From Mobula hypostoma (lineage: Eukaryota): 64,000 nucleotides of DNA. The notes beneath the pieces are model-generated. The model was not told the origin of the DNA. It made no database searches and saw only the letters and a program-made list of their open reading frames with translations. Below are positions 38,927 to 52,085 of the stretch, piece after piece. The translations under genes were made by a program, and so were the position numbers. Location: the NCBI RefSeq assembly GCF_963921235.1, contig NC_086108.1:48610001-48674000 (forward strand). The letters are read 5' to 3'. How positions within the stretch are numbered: the first letter of the stretch is position 1; each line of letters starts with the position of its first letter.

Positions 38927-39041
38927 AACATATGCGTACTTTGATAATAAATTTACTTTGAACTTTAATCTTAGAATTTTTTATTTTGTTGATAAGAGCA
39001 TAGGAATTTAGGAATTATATTCAACCGACATCATCAGGAAA

Positions 39042-39160
39042 TACAAACACGAGGAAATCTACAGGTTGTGATGAAGGGTCTCAGCCCGAAACATCGACTC
39101 TTAATTCATTTTCATAGATGCTGCCTGACCTGCTGTGTTTCTCCAGCATTTTGTGTGTTT
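39042..39160 (+). mobile_element. 119-bp mini Penelope-like insertion with a hammerhead core; 10-bp TSD catcaggaaa
   Basis: Exact TSD at 39032-39041 / 39161-39170; contains TGATGA-agggtctcagccc-GAAAcaTC-gact. Confidence 0.85.
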
Positions 39161-39431
39161 CATCAGGAAACAGCTACAATTCAAAAGAATCTTCTGTGCA
39201 CCCAGTCTAATGAAAGCACATCCTTGGGTGTGCAAACTGAAACTGTATGGTGCTCCCCAGGCAAACTGACAAAGCACCTACATCTGTTTAATTCTCCAAC
39301 CCATAGCAATAAAACAAATAATTTGCTTTATGCCTTCATGATGTGTACACAAGTTCCCAAATATTGCAACCATAAGTCACTCAAAAACGTTCTGCTTTTC
39401 TGTTCCTTGTACATCATTTCATATTTCCAAC

Positions 39432-39540
39432 ATACGCTGAATGGCCACTTTATTAGGTACACCTGTATGCCTGCTTGTTCATGCAAATATGTATTCAGCC
39501 AATCATACGGCACCATCTCAATGCACAAAAACATGCAGAC
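39432..39540. mobile_element. Partial copy of the MITE at 23866-24325
   Basis: tggccactttattaggtacacctgta TIR; matches the reverse complement of ~24215-24325. Confidence 0.75.
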
Positions 39541-42388
39541 ATAAGATCATAAGAGATGGGAGCAGAATTAGGCCATTTGGCCCATCAGGTCTGCTCCCTC
39601 TCAACCTCATTCTCCTGCCTGTAACTTTTCACATCCTGATTAATCAGGAACACACAATGACCTGGCCTCCACTGCTCCCTATGGTAACATATTGCACAGA
39701 TTCATCACCATCTGGCTAAAGAAATTCCTCCTCATTCCTGGAATTGTTCTCATGAACCTCGTCTGAACCCTCTCCGATGTCAGCACATCCTTTCTTGGAT
39801 ATGGGGCCCAAAACTGCTCACAATACTCCAAGTGAGACCTCACCAGTGCCTTATAAAGCCTCAGCAATACATTTTGCTCTTATATTCTAGTCCTCTTGAA
39901 ATGAATGCTAACATTGCATTTGCCTTCCTCACCACCAAGTCAATCCTTAGGAAATTCTGCACAAGAACTCACAACTTCCTTTGCACCTCAGATTTTTGGA
40001 GTTACTCCCCATGTAGAAAATAGTCTATGCTTCTGTTCCTTCTGCTAAAGTGCATGAGCATACACTTCCTGACACTGCCTTGCTTCCGTGTTACTTCTTT
40101 GCCCACTCACCTAATCTGTCTAACTCCTTGTACAGCCTTCCTTCTTCCTCAACACTACCTGCCCTCCACCTATCTTCATATCATCTGCAGACTTGGTCAC
40201 AAAGCCACCAATTCCATCCTCCAAATCATTGATATATAATGTAAAAAGAAGTGGTCCCACCACCAACTCCTGTAAAACACCACCAGTCACCAGCAGACAA
40301 CCAGAAGTCTGTCTTTATTCCCTCTCTTGCCCTCCTGCCAATCAGCAATGATAGAAAGATAGAAACATAGTAAACCTACAGCACAATACAGGCCCTTCGG
40401 CCCACAATGCTGTGCCAAACATGTCCCTACCTTAGAACTACCTAGGCTTTACCCACAGCCCTCTATTTTTCTAAGCTCCATGTACCTATCCAGGAGTCTC
40501 TTAAAAGACCCTATCGTTTCCGCCTCCACTGCCACCACCAGTAGCCCATTCCACGCACTTACCACTCTCTGCGTAAAAAACTTACGCCTGACATCTCCTC
40601 TGTACCTACTTCCACGCACCTTAAAACTATACCCTCTTGTGCTAGCCATTTCAGCCCTGAGGAAAAGCCTCTGACTATCCACACGATCAATGCCTCTCAT
40701 TGTCATGTACACTTCTATCAGGTCACCTCTCATCCTCTATCACTCCAAGGAGAAAAGGCCGAGTTCACTCAACTTATTCTCATAAGGCATGCTCCCCAAT
40801 CCAGGCAACATCCTTGTAAATCTCCTCTGCACCCTTTCTATGGTTTCCACGTCCTTCCTGTGGAGAGGCGACCAGAACTGAGCACAGTACTCCAAGTGGG
40901 GTCTGACCAGGGTCTTATATAGCTGCAACATTACCTCCCGGCTCCTAAATTCAATTCCACGATTGATGAAGGCCAATGCACTGTACGCTTTCTTAATCAC
41001 AGAGTCAACCTGTGCAGCAGCTTTGAGCGTCCTATGGACACGGACCCCAAGATCCCTCTGATCCTCCACACTGCCAAGAGTCTTACCATTAATACTATAT
41101 TCTGCTATCATATTTGACCTACCAAAATGAACCACTTCACACTTATCTGGGTTGAACTCCATCTGCCACTTCTCAGCCCAGTTTTGCATCCTATCAATGT
41201 CCCACTGTAACCTCTGACAGCCCTCCACTCTATCCACAACACCTCCAACCTTTAACACAACCCTCCACTTCTTCACCCGGGTCATCTATAAAAATCACGA
41301 AAAGTAAGGGTCCCAGAACAGATCCCTGAGGCACGCCACTGGTGACCGACCTCCATGCAGAATATGACCCGTCTACAACCAGACTTTGCCTTCTGTGGCC
41401 AAGCCAGTTCTGGATCCACAAAGCAATGTCCCCCTGGATCCCATGCCTCCTTACTTTCTCAATAATCGTGGCATGGGGTACCTTATCAAATGCCTTGCTA
41501 AAATCCATATATACTACATCTACGGCTTCATCAATGTGCTTAGTCACATCCTCAAAAAATTCAGTCAGGCTCGTAAAGCATGACCTGCCTTTGACAAAGC
41601 CATGCTGACTATTCATAATCATATGCCTTTTCAAATGTTCATAAATCCTGCCTCTCAGGATCTTCTCCATCAACGTACCAACCACTGAAGTAAGACTCAC
41701 TGGCCTATAATTTCCTGGGATATCTCTACTCCCTTTCTTGAATAAGGGAACAACACCCGTAACCCTTCAATCCTCTGGAACCTCTCCTGTCCTCATTGAT
41801 GATGCAAAGATCATTGCCAGAGGCTCAGCAATCTCCTCCCTCACTTCCCACAGTAGCCTGGGGTACATCCCATCCGGTCCCAGTGACTTATCCAACTTGA
41901 TGCTTTCCAAAAGCTCCAGCACATCCTCTTTCTTGATGTCTATATGCTCAAGCTTTTCAGTCCACTGCAAGTCATCCCTACAATCACCAAGATCCTTTTC
42001 CATAGTGAATACTGAAGCAAAGTATTCATTAAGTACCTCCGCTATTTCCTCCAGTTCCATACACACTTTTCTATTGTCACACTTGATTGGTCCTATTCTC
42101 TCATGTCTTATCCTCTTGCTCTTCACATACTTGTAGAATGCCTTGCGGATTTCCTTAATCCTGTCCGCCAAGGCCTTCTCATGCATGAATGATCTTCGCA
42201 TGATAGTATCATTCCTGTAATACCATGGTTCTTATCTGTAAAGCAGCCTCATGTGCGGCATGTTATCAAATGCCTTCTGAAAATTCAAATAAATCACATC
42301 CACTGACTCTCCTTTGTCTATTCTGCTTGTTATTTCCTATAAGAATTCCAACAGATTTTTCAGGCAAGATTTTCCCTTAAGGAAACTT
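39541..42388 (-). mobile_element. CR1 copy hosting a younger CR1
   Basis: Tail at 39541, LVRSHLEYCEQFWAP motif, and the host resumes at ~42190. Confidence 0.8.
40352..42183 (-). mobile_element. Young 5'-truncated CR1, same subfamily as 35245-37225, frameshifted
   Basis: ORFs 41767-42201, 41230-41700, 40740-41285 and 40449-40733 are near-identical to the 558-aa ORF. Confidence 0.92.
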
Positions 42389-42389
42389 A

Positions 42390-42965
42390 TGTTGCCCCCC
42401 AATATAAAGCTGTAAAAATGACTGCACTCACTACAACAGACTGGTAAAAGATCTCCAACAGTCTGCTGCACACATTGAAGAATCTTAGCTTCCTTAGAAA
42501 ATAGATTCTGCTCATCCCCTTCTTGTAAACAGCCTTGATGTTGGTTTTCTAGTCAAGTCTGTTGTTGAGGTGAACACCCAAGTATTTGTACTCCTCCACC
42601 ACCACAACTTCTTCTCCCCAAATGTATACAGGGCTCATCACAGTCCTCTTCCTCCTAAAATCAATCACCATCTCCCTGGTTTTGGCCACATTCCTCAAGC
42701 TCGTCCAGAGTACAGAGTTCAAGCTCTGTACTCTGACTCCTGCCCATCTCTGAAACACCCAACCATCGCAGAGTCATCAGAGAACTTCTGCAAGTGACAA
42801 GAATCAGATTTGTACTGAAAGTCTGAGGTGTACAGTGTGAACAGGAACAGGACAGTCCCTTGTGGTACTCCAGTGTCACTCACCACCATCTCAGACAGAG
42901 AACTACCCAGTCCTACAAACCTGAGGTCTATCTGTCTGGTAGTCAGTAATCCAAGAGATACTGGA
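42390..42965 (-). mobile_element. Rex/Babar-type LINE internal fragment (different family)
   Basis: GVPQGTVL, QKFSDDS and KTREMVIDFRR-EYKYLGVHLNNRLD motifs. Confidence 0.75.
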
Positions 42966-44682
42966 TTTGTCTACACCCATCTTTTGGTGCCTAAATATCC
43001 TACATTTTTTAATTTTACAGTTCTGTTGCTTGCATCTTGCCTTCAATTGCTAAGGCCCCAAGCTCCAAATTCCCTTCCTAGATTGTTTGTTTTCTCTTTC
43101 CCACTCTTTCTGTAGAGACCATCCACCCAATGAGTTTATCCAAACTATCTGAGTAATTCTGTCAGTTTCATTCTTCCTCCTTTGCCTGTAACTTTTTCTC
43201 TCAGACATTCACCTCATCTTTTTCACTACAGTTAATCTACAGCAGCCAATTAACCTTTCAGTAGGTCTTGGTTTCAGCTGTGGAAGTGGTGGGGAATTCA
43301 CACAGCCAAAACAAGCGTTAAGTGCAAGTTTTTGATCAAATTAGTTATCGGTCATATCTTCTGAAGTGGCTCAGTTTTTATTTTTTTCTAAAGTTCACAG
43401 TGGAGATGTTTGCTCTATTAAGGGCACATGGTAAATGGAAAATTGTATTTATTAACAAATTTGGAAACTTTACACCTTGTCCCTTCATTTAAGTTACTGG
43501 TTTGGATTCTAATATAGGCTGCACAAGTGTTGCTGGTTACTCCTGTACTTTGCTGGTTACATTACACTGAAAAATCCAAGTATAATTTGTCCATTAATTA
43601 TTTTTTTTTCACTAAATGCTAACATTTTACAACCAATGACACATAATCCTGTGTAATGTCTTCTAAAATTCTAGGTCTACCCACAGGCTTTTGAAACACA
43701 TTTCAAAAAACTAAGGTATGTCAAAGACAATTTCCTTTTCAAAAAATTGCACTGATATTCCTTAATAATATTCGCATAGTGTTATTAATAATGCCTTACT
43801 TGTTTACGTTCAAATGATGTACTATTTTAATCAGCTAGACTGGAGTGGGAGTGGGTGTGGGTCAGGCAGATGGTTTTCCAGATATCCTCTTTCCATGACT
43901 AAGGAGACATTACGTTAGTTGAGCATCTTCTTCCTTGTACAGTTAATTTGAGTCAGCCTCGTTGACTGGGTGCAGCAGCTATGAAGTCTGCTGGCACAGC
44001 TTCCACACAGAATACTTTCAGTAAAAGGTCAAACTGTTATGATCTTCAGACATTTCTTTTCTCTACGCCATAAGCTCAAGTAAGATCAGCAAAATCTGAC
44101 ATCAGGTCCTATTTAGCTCTGTTCTTCACAGGTTGTTTGGAAGGTAGAAAATTTAGATGGCAGGAATTGATGACAATAACATACACATTTATTAAATCTC
44201 TAAATATGCCCCCAAGTGTTAACCCATTCCTGTGCCAGTCTCCACAACCATCAACAGGAACAACAAAGCATCAGAGAACATGTGTACAAATGCCAAGTTG
44301 TGATCTAGACCAGAAAAAAACTCACGTCTTCAAGTGAATTCAAACAATAAGTTTCGTAAGAAGGAATTTTGAAAAACAAAATTGGGAAGGTAATGTTGTG
44401 GGAGAAGGCAACACCAAGAAATGAACATTAGGGAAAATATCAATAGAGAAAAAGGCAAAGATAGGAAAATATTATGACAGACACCTGGTAAGTAAAACCC
44501 AGTGATTAAAAGAAAGTAATATTTAAATAAATTCTTTAAAAAATTCAATCAGTGGATGGGAATTCTACATGAACAGTATCATATGGGACCCTCAGGGAGC
44601 TTTACAGCCCCTGAACCATATACGCAGGAAATGACTTCAGTTGCTCTGCCTCAGGAATTTCTAAGGACAGGAAAAGGGACTA

Positions 44683-45597
44683 CAGATGATGAAAATCTGG
44701 GAGCAACACACAAAATGCTGGAGGAACTCAACAGGTCAGGCAGCATCTATTGAAGGAAGTAGACAGTGGATTTTTTTTGGATCAAGACCCTTCTTCAGGT
44801 CTGGAAAAGAACGAGGTCGATATGAAATGGTGGGGGAGGTAGGGAGCAAGAGCTGGTGGGTCATAGATGAATCCAGGTGAGAGGAGAAGACGAATAGATG
44901 GGGGAAGGGGGCAGTGGGAATGATGGAAGAAACTGGGAGGTGATAGAGGGAAGTGATAAAATGCCGAATAATACGGATTCTGATAAGAGAGAACAATGGA
45001 ATAAAGGGAAGGAGCTGAAGAGGGAATCACAGCAAAGAGTGTGTGGGTGACAGACAGATCAAAAAGGCAGGGGTGGGGAAGAGAATGGGTGATGGGGCCA
45101 GTGAGATAAGGGGAAACAAAGAGGATACAGAGCAGAGTAAACGGAAGTTGGGGATGTAGTATTTACATTTGTGCCGTCAGATGGAATACGAGTTGTCCCT
45201 AATCGGTACCTGGCCTCAGTTTGACAGTAGAGAGGGCATGGACAGGCATATCAGTGTGGAAATGGGAAGTAGATTTAGAAAGGCTAGAACAGCCAGTAGA
45301 TTTTGACTATTATGGCAGACGAGCCAGGTGAGTTAGTAGCTCCCTTTTGTCAGTTTCACTGATCACCCCCCCCCAGCTTTGTTCATCATATCCACGAGCC
45401 CTTCCCCTTCCCCATCCGCCTTTTTCACCCCTCTCATCTGGATTCCTCTATCACCTACCAGCTCCTGCTTCACCACGTCCCCTCACTGTTTATACAACCT
45501 ATCTACCCTCTGTCTCGTCCACCCAAAATGCTGACTGTCCACTTCCCCCCATAGATGCTGCCTGACCCAGAGCTCCCCCAGCATTGTTTGTGTCACT
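44683..45597. mobile_element. Penelope-like element with inverted arms
   Basis: Minus arm ~44683-45330 with a decayed hammerhead (44763-44803) and plus arm ~45345-45597; homologous to the 14083/22071 arms. Confidence 0.75.
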
Positions 45598-46049
45598 CAA
45601 GCATCTTGAAGCTTGAAAACCAGATGAAGTTTCTTGCATTACACATTATATGACACTGTCCCATAAAGCCATGGGTAGTTCAGAAGAATAGTGGCTGGCT
45701 AGTTCAAAAAATGGCACAAAGATTTGGACCCCTCAGGAAACTGACTTTAACTATGAAAAGTTCTACCATGAAAGAAGACTGACTCAGTTTGAACTTGCAG
45801 AATTGAGGCACCCCTAATATAGAATCATGAAAATTACTCAGATGCCACTAAGATATGTGCTGCAGGAAGGGAAAATGCCACAGAGATGCAATGGCATTAG
45901 AAGTGTTCCTCTGAAACAGAGAGAAATAGCACATGAAGCATCATCAGTGCTTCAACAATAGCCGTAATATTGCTATTCAATGTCAGAAATTCCATACTAA
46001 ACCATCAACATTTATTCCATTTAAATATCATGAAGTTCACAATATGAAG

Positions 46050-46858
46050 CATTCCCGTTCCGGGAGATGGTGTTGCTCAGGGAATCTGTCTTGGTCCCCT
46101 ACTCTTCTCCTTACACATGCTCTCCTTCGGAGACATCATTAGAGAGCACAAGCCTGGGAGTTAGCTTTGATTCAGAATTGAATTTTAACTCCCTCATAGA
46201 GTGATCAGAGCAGCATTTCTACACTTAAAATATATAGCAAAAGTGAGTCCACTTCTGTCACATAATGATGCTAAAAAATTAATTCACGCTTTTATAGCCA
46301 AATAGATTAGATGACTACAATGCATTTTTTACTGGCCTTCCAAAGCAAACTATTGACAAACTTCAACTCGTTCAGAAGACCACTACTAGACTTTTAACTA
46401 AAACCAGAATGGGGGAACATATCATCCCTGTCCTAGCTACTCTACATTGTCTTCCTGTACCTTTTAGAATTGATTTTAAAGTCTCTTATTTGTTTTTAAA
46501 ACTCTCAATGGTCTGGGATCAGAGTACATCACAGAAACACTTTTGTTTTACAATCCTGCTTGAGGTTTCAGGTCTTCTTCCGCCAGTCTCTTAAATTTAA
46601 CCAATCTCCTTCAAAAGATAATTGACAGGTCAGTTTTTTAAACTACATTCCTCATCTGTGGAATTCAATATCTAAAAATATAAGAAATGCAGACTCAGTT
46701 GACACTTTTAAACACAGCTCAAAACCTATTTATTTAACCTTGCTTTTTACTAACATCTTTTGTCTTTTATTTTCATGTTTGCACTTCATTTCATTGTAAA
46801 GCAGTTTGAACTACATCATCAGTATGAAAAGTACTCTATAAATATTATTATTATTATG
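46050..46858 (+). mobile_element. L2 LINE 3' fragment
   Basis: GVAQG-VLGP, HIIPVLATLHCLPVPFRIDFKV and a tataaat(att)n tail. Confidence 0.8.
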
Positions 46859-47389
46859 TTCACACATGCAAAAGCTCTGCACATACTGACAGATTTATAA
46901 CATCAATTATGGCAAACTCCTCATGGAACCCAATAAAGAGGGATGATCTTTGAGATTCGTCGGCAGTTGGAAGGACGAACATTCCTATGGAATCGATGAA
47001 TATCAATAATTGAAACAGCAAACAAAATTAGGAAGATCAATATAAGTCTTGCTGTCAGAATCAAAACCAACTATTATAGCTTTCCCAGGTACTGTCAGAG
47101 TTGCATTAACATTTTACTGTGGCTTGTGGCTGTTAAAATTTTCAAAATTATTTCTAAAAATTTGCAATTGTTTTTAAAACTTAGCAAAAGTCGGTAGAAG
47201 CGTATCATACAGTACAATCTTGATACAAGTATAAAATGATAATTTAAACACAAATGAACAGTAACATAATCTTCATCCTGGGGGACATAATGCTTCTGGC
47301 TTATCTGAAGGCATGAAAGAACAAGTCAGCACTCTTTTTTTAATGAAGTATTTAATAATATTCAGAAATTTAAATCATTTACAGAAGGT

Positions 47390-48830
47390 CTTAGCAATTG
47401 TACACATACCTGTGATAAATGTGCAGGTAGGTGTTACAGGGGCCAGGTAGCTGTACAGTAAAGATAGCCTTGCGACCTTGAGAATGGCTATCGAGTTCAA
47501 AGTGTGGGTTTTGCTGAACATCAAGCTTCAATGACTAGAGTGATTAGTGACAAGGCAAGATTCTTTGTACTCTAATTTACTGTCGTAATCAAATGGAGAA
47601 GTCATAAAGTTAATGGAGGCTAGTATACTCCTCATTCAGAATGTGAAAGGTCATGGGCATGGCCACCTGCCCAGACTGGTTGGTTCTTCAGGTGGATTTA
47701 CTATGGAGCATACAAGATGCAGAGACTGATGTAGACAATATGTTTAGTAAGCTGTTATCTCTACAAGTGTAGAAAGACAGGAGACGGGGGACCATTAGGA
47801 ACAGTAGGCAAGTAGGGCAGGAGCATCCTGTGGCTATTCCCCTCACTAACAGTTTGGATACTGTTGTTGGAATTGGGGGAGTGGGGAAGAGGTGTAACTA
47901 TGGCCTCCCAGTGGATAACTAGAGCAACAGCCCAGTCCATGGTACCATAGTGGCTGCTACCTGTTTGAAGGATGGAGTGGGAGAAAACAAGACCAGGAAA
48001 ATTATAGCAGTAATGGATTTTATCATAAGGGGATCAGCTGTAGCTGCAAAAGAAACTCCAGCTTGATAGGATGCCTCCTTGGTGCTAGGTTCAAGGACAT
48101 CTCAGGGCTGAAGGACATTCTGAAAGGGAGGGAACAGTGGGACAAAGAACAGAACTACCAGAGATCATGGTACAATCACATTGACAGGACAAAGGTTGAG
48201 GATTGGCAACATTTGCAGATGTTATTAAAATGACCAGAGTCATTAATAGTGGGTAAAGCATTGAGAATAGAGTTAAAATGTTATATTGCAGTTGATCAAA
48301 ATATTGGTGAGGCAGCATTTGGAGTCTTGTGCTCAGATACAGGAAATATACCACTCAGCTGGAAAGAGTGCAGAGGAGATTTAGAAAGATATGGCCGGGA
48401 CTCATGAAACTTGAGTTATGGAGAGAACTTGAGCAGGTTGGAGCTTTCTTCATTGGAGTACTGAATGATGATCTTATAGAGGTTTATAAAATTATGAAGC
48501 CACAGATAAGATGAAGGCACACAGTCTTTTGCCCAGGATTGGAGAATGAAGAACTAGAAGGCATAGGTTTAAGACGAGAGATTTAATGGGAACCCAAGGA
48601 GAAAGTTTCATCTAGAAAGTGATCAGTACCTGAAATAAGCTCCCAGATGAACTGAGGAAGGTACATTGACAATATTTGAAAGACTTTTGCAGAGATGCAA
48701 GGATGCAAAATATTTAGACTCTAAATATGTGGGCCAAAAGCAGGCCAATGGGATTAGCTCATATGGGAATTTTGCTCAGCATGGACTAGTTAGGTCCATG
48801 GGCCTGTGTCTGTACTGTATAACTCCATGT
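47390..48830 (+). mobile_element. Degraded, internally deleted CR1 (ORF1 remnant plus 3' end)
   Basis: CLLGAR and ILKGEG ORF1 remnants, then LERVQRRF and DLIEVYKIM. Confidence 0.7.
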
Positions 48831-49224
48831 ATCTACAACATGAGTTTTGGGAGCAAGGTAACAACTTAAAGAGCAAGACATCAAATGGCTGTAAACTCTA
48901 TATTATGTCCATTGCCGGAGCCTGTGAACAAGGAAACAGAGGCATAGGTCAAGTGAATGTGCGGCTGTCAGGATGGAACAGGTGGATAGGCTGCAAATTC
49001 TTTGAGCATTGGATCTGTTTCTGGGCAAAATAGAACCCACAGCGAGATATTGATGCATTGGTGAAATGAGCTAGAAAGATGGCAGATGGACTTTAATCCA
49101 AACAATAACAACACATTACATTTTGGGAGCATAATTGAGGCCAGGGCATGCACCATGAATGGTAGGGTCATAGGGAGTACAAAGAACAGAGGGCCCTTGA
49201 GTACAAATCCATGGATTCTTGAAG

Positions 49225-49915
49225 ACCATAAGATATAGGAGCAGAATTAGGCTATTTGACTCATCGAGTCTGCTCCACCATTCCAACTTGGCTGATTTAT
49301 TTTCCCTTTCAACACCACTCTCCTGCTTTCTCTCCATAGCCTTTTACACCCTGACTGATCAGGAACCTCTCAACTTTCACTTTCAATATTCCCAATGACC
49401 TGGCCTCCACAGCCATTTGTTGCAATGAAGAAGTCCCTCCTCATCTTTGTTCTGAAAGGATGATCTTCTATTCTGAGGTCGTGCCCTCTGCTCCTAGACT
49501 ACTCCAGTATAGGACACACCCTCACCACATCCACTCTATTAGACCTTTCAATATTCGATAGGTTTCAATGAGATCCCCCTTCATTCTTCTAAACTGCAGC
49601 GAGTACAGGCCCAGAGCCATCAAATGTTCCTCATAGTTAACCCTTTCACTCTCAGGATCATTTTTGTGAACCTCCTCTGGACCCTCTTCAATGCCAGCAT
49701 ATCTTTTCTTCGACAAGGGGCCGAAAACTGTTCATAATACTTCAACTGTAGTCTGAACACTGTCTTATAAAGCCTCAGCATTACATCCTTGCTTTTGTAT
49801 TCAGTCCTCTTGAAATGAATGCTAACAATGCATTTTCCTTCCTTACCAACACCTCAACCTGCAAGTTAACCTTTAGGGAATCCTGTATAAGGAGTCCCAA
49901 GTTCCTTTCCACCTC
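49225..49915 (-). mobile_element. 5'-truncated CR1 inserted antisense into a CR1; 5-bp TSD tgaag
   Basis: Tail accataagatataggagcag; tgaag at 49220-49224 and 49916-49920. Confidence 0.85.
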
Positions 49916-49964
49916 TGAAGTGGGCAACGCAAGTGACAATGTAGCTTGGAAAGCACATGGGGGC

Positions 49965-50722
49965 ACAAAAACAACTCCTGGAGGATCTTAGCAGGTCAGG
50001 CAGCACATGTGAAGGCCAAGGGCTGGTTTGAGGCTTTGCTCAAACCCTGCATCAGGGCTGTGATGTAGAGTCAAGATCTAGTCAGGAGAAGAGGAGGGGT
50101 CGGAGTGGGATCGATAGATGACAAGTGGAGTTAAGAGAAGTGGGGAGTTTTGAGATAAGAGGGAATAAGTGGATAGTGGAGCCAGGAAAGGAAGGCAGAG
50201 GGGAGAGTTTTGAGATAGGAGAGAAGAAATCCAGGTGGATAGGTGTGGATGATGGGCAGAAGGAATAAAGGGGAATGGAGAATAGAAAAGGTGAACAAAG
50301 GGAGAAATAACCTTGGTAAACTGGTAGAAGAGGGGAATGAAACACAAAATGTGTGAGTAACGTAACATTTCAAAATTCATTGTTCATACCATTCGACTGA
50401 AGGCTACCTAAGTGGAATTTGAAAAGTTCTTCTAGTCTGTGTTTGATCTCAAATGTGGCAGTGGAGAAGGTAGAGGCCAGACAGGTCAATGTGGAAGTGG
50501 GAAAGAATTGAAATGACTTGCAAATAGAAGTTTACGAAGAAAGCTGGAGGAACTCAGCAGGCCAGACAGCATCTATGAAAAAGAGTAAACAGCCAAGACA
50601 CTTCATCAGGATGAAGAAAGCACATGTCCTTCACTAAATGGTCATCTCGTCTACATTTGCTCTCGCTGATGAGGAGGAGGTCACATCAAAAGCAATGAAT
50701 GCAAAATATTGGAGGAGATGCA
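49965..50722 (-). mobile_element. Penelope-like remnant with GIY-YIG relic and a second terminus fragment (~50535-50612)
   Basis: Terminal motif ggagga-ctcagcagg-caggcagca, decayed ctgatg core, and a degenerate C-xx-C/IGE-K-R-like relic at ~50620-50720. Confidence 0.6.
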
Positions 50723-52085
50723 TATGATACTAGTCTTCATTAGTCTGGTCAAAGGATACTGCAGATTCAGATTATGCAATTTTATATAACATCAGCTGGA
50801 GCACTGGATACCATTCTGGTCATCATGCAACAGGGTGGATGTGATAGCACTGGAGAGGGTACAATGAAGGTTCATCTTGGATTAAGTGTTTTATTATGAG
50901 GAGGGAATGGACAGACCATGTCTCTAGTGGAGTAGGCCAACAGGTTTCAATAGGTACATTTAATGTCACAGAAATGTATACAATATACATCCTGAAATTC
51001 AGGAGGGGACATTTGAAGCATATAAAATTACAAGTGGTATAGACAGGACTGACTGCAGAAGCTTTTCTCCATATCAGAGCTGAAGAGAAACTAGAGGAGA
51101 TGTAGACTCCTTGTGGGTAGAATTAAGAAACTGCAAGGGTAAAAAGAACCTGATGGGAGTTATAATCAGGCCTCCGAACAGTAACCAGCATGAGGGGTAC
51201 AAATTATAACAGGAGCTAGAAAAGGCATGTAAAAAGGGCAATATTACAATGGTTATGGGGGATTTCAATATGCAGGTAGACTAGGAAAAAAGTGGTTCTG
51301 GAAACTTAGAGAAGGAATTTATAGAATGCCAATGAGATGGCTTTGTAGAGTGACTTGTGGTTGAGTCCACTAAGGAAAAGGCAATTGTGGATCGGGTGTT
51401 GTGTAATGAGCCAAATTTGATTAGAGTGCTTAAGGTAAAGGAACCCTTTGGAGAAAGTGGTCATAATTCGATAGAATTTTTCTTTCAATTTGAGGGGGAG
51501 AAGTACAAATAAGTTATATCAATATTCCAGTGGGGTAAGGAGAAGTACAGGGGCATGAGAGAAGAACTAGCCAAATTTGATTGGAAGGAACACTAGCATC
51601 AATGGCCGGAGTTTCTGGAAATCTTTTGGAAGGCACAGGATCAGCTCATCCCAAAGAAGGAAAACAATCTTAAGTGAGCATGAGGCAACTGTAGCTGACT
51701 AGGGAAATCAAAGACAGCATAAAAGCAAAAGTGAGGGTATTCAATATTAGTTGAAAGCTAAAGGATTGGGATGTTTTTAAAAACCAACAGAAGGTGACTA
51801 AAATAAGAAATAAGGAGAGAAAAGATGAAATATGAAGGAAAGCTTGCCAATATTGTAAAGGAGATAGCAAAAGATTTTGCAAATATATAAAGAGTAAAAG
51901 AGAGGCAAAAGTGGATATCAGATGGCAGGAATATAACACTGAAGAGGTTCTACTGAGGGACAAAGAAATGATGGACAAACTGAATACATATTTTGCATCA
52001 GTCTTCACTGTGGAAGACACTAGCAGTACACTAGAAATTTGAGACTGTCAGGGGGCAGAAGTGAGTGTAGTTACTATTACTAAGG

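Larger units (their letters stand above)
29060..38966 (+). mobile_element. Rex1/Babar-type LINE split by L1, CR1 and RTE-derived insertions (pieces ~29060-29415, 34762-35244, 37258-38503, 38927-38966)
   Basis: N-terminal NVLSLQSKIEDLRAR-EMRDCC-FTKTWL, then RGGGVCF after the L1, TLDHCYT, RT remnants and the tail ttgataataaatttactttgaacttt. Confidence 0.78.

Noticed and set aside
44556..45900. Possible decayed Gypsy gag flanking the Penelope-like insertion
   Set aside because: Only two short, frameshifted resemblances (TLRE-TAPE, AELRH); not enough support.
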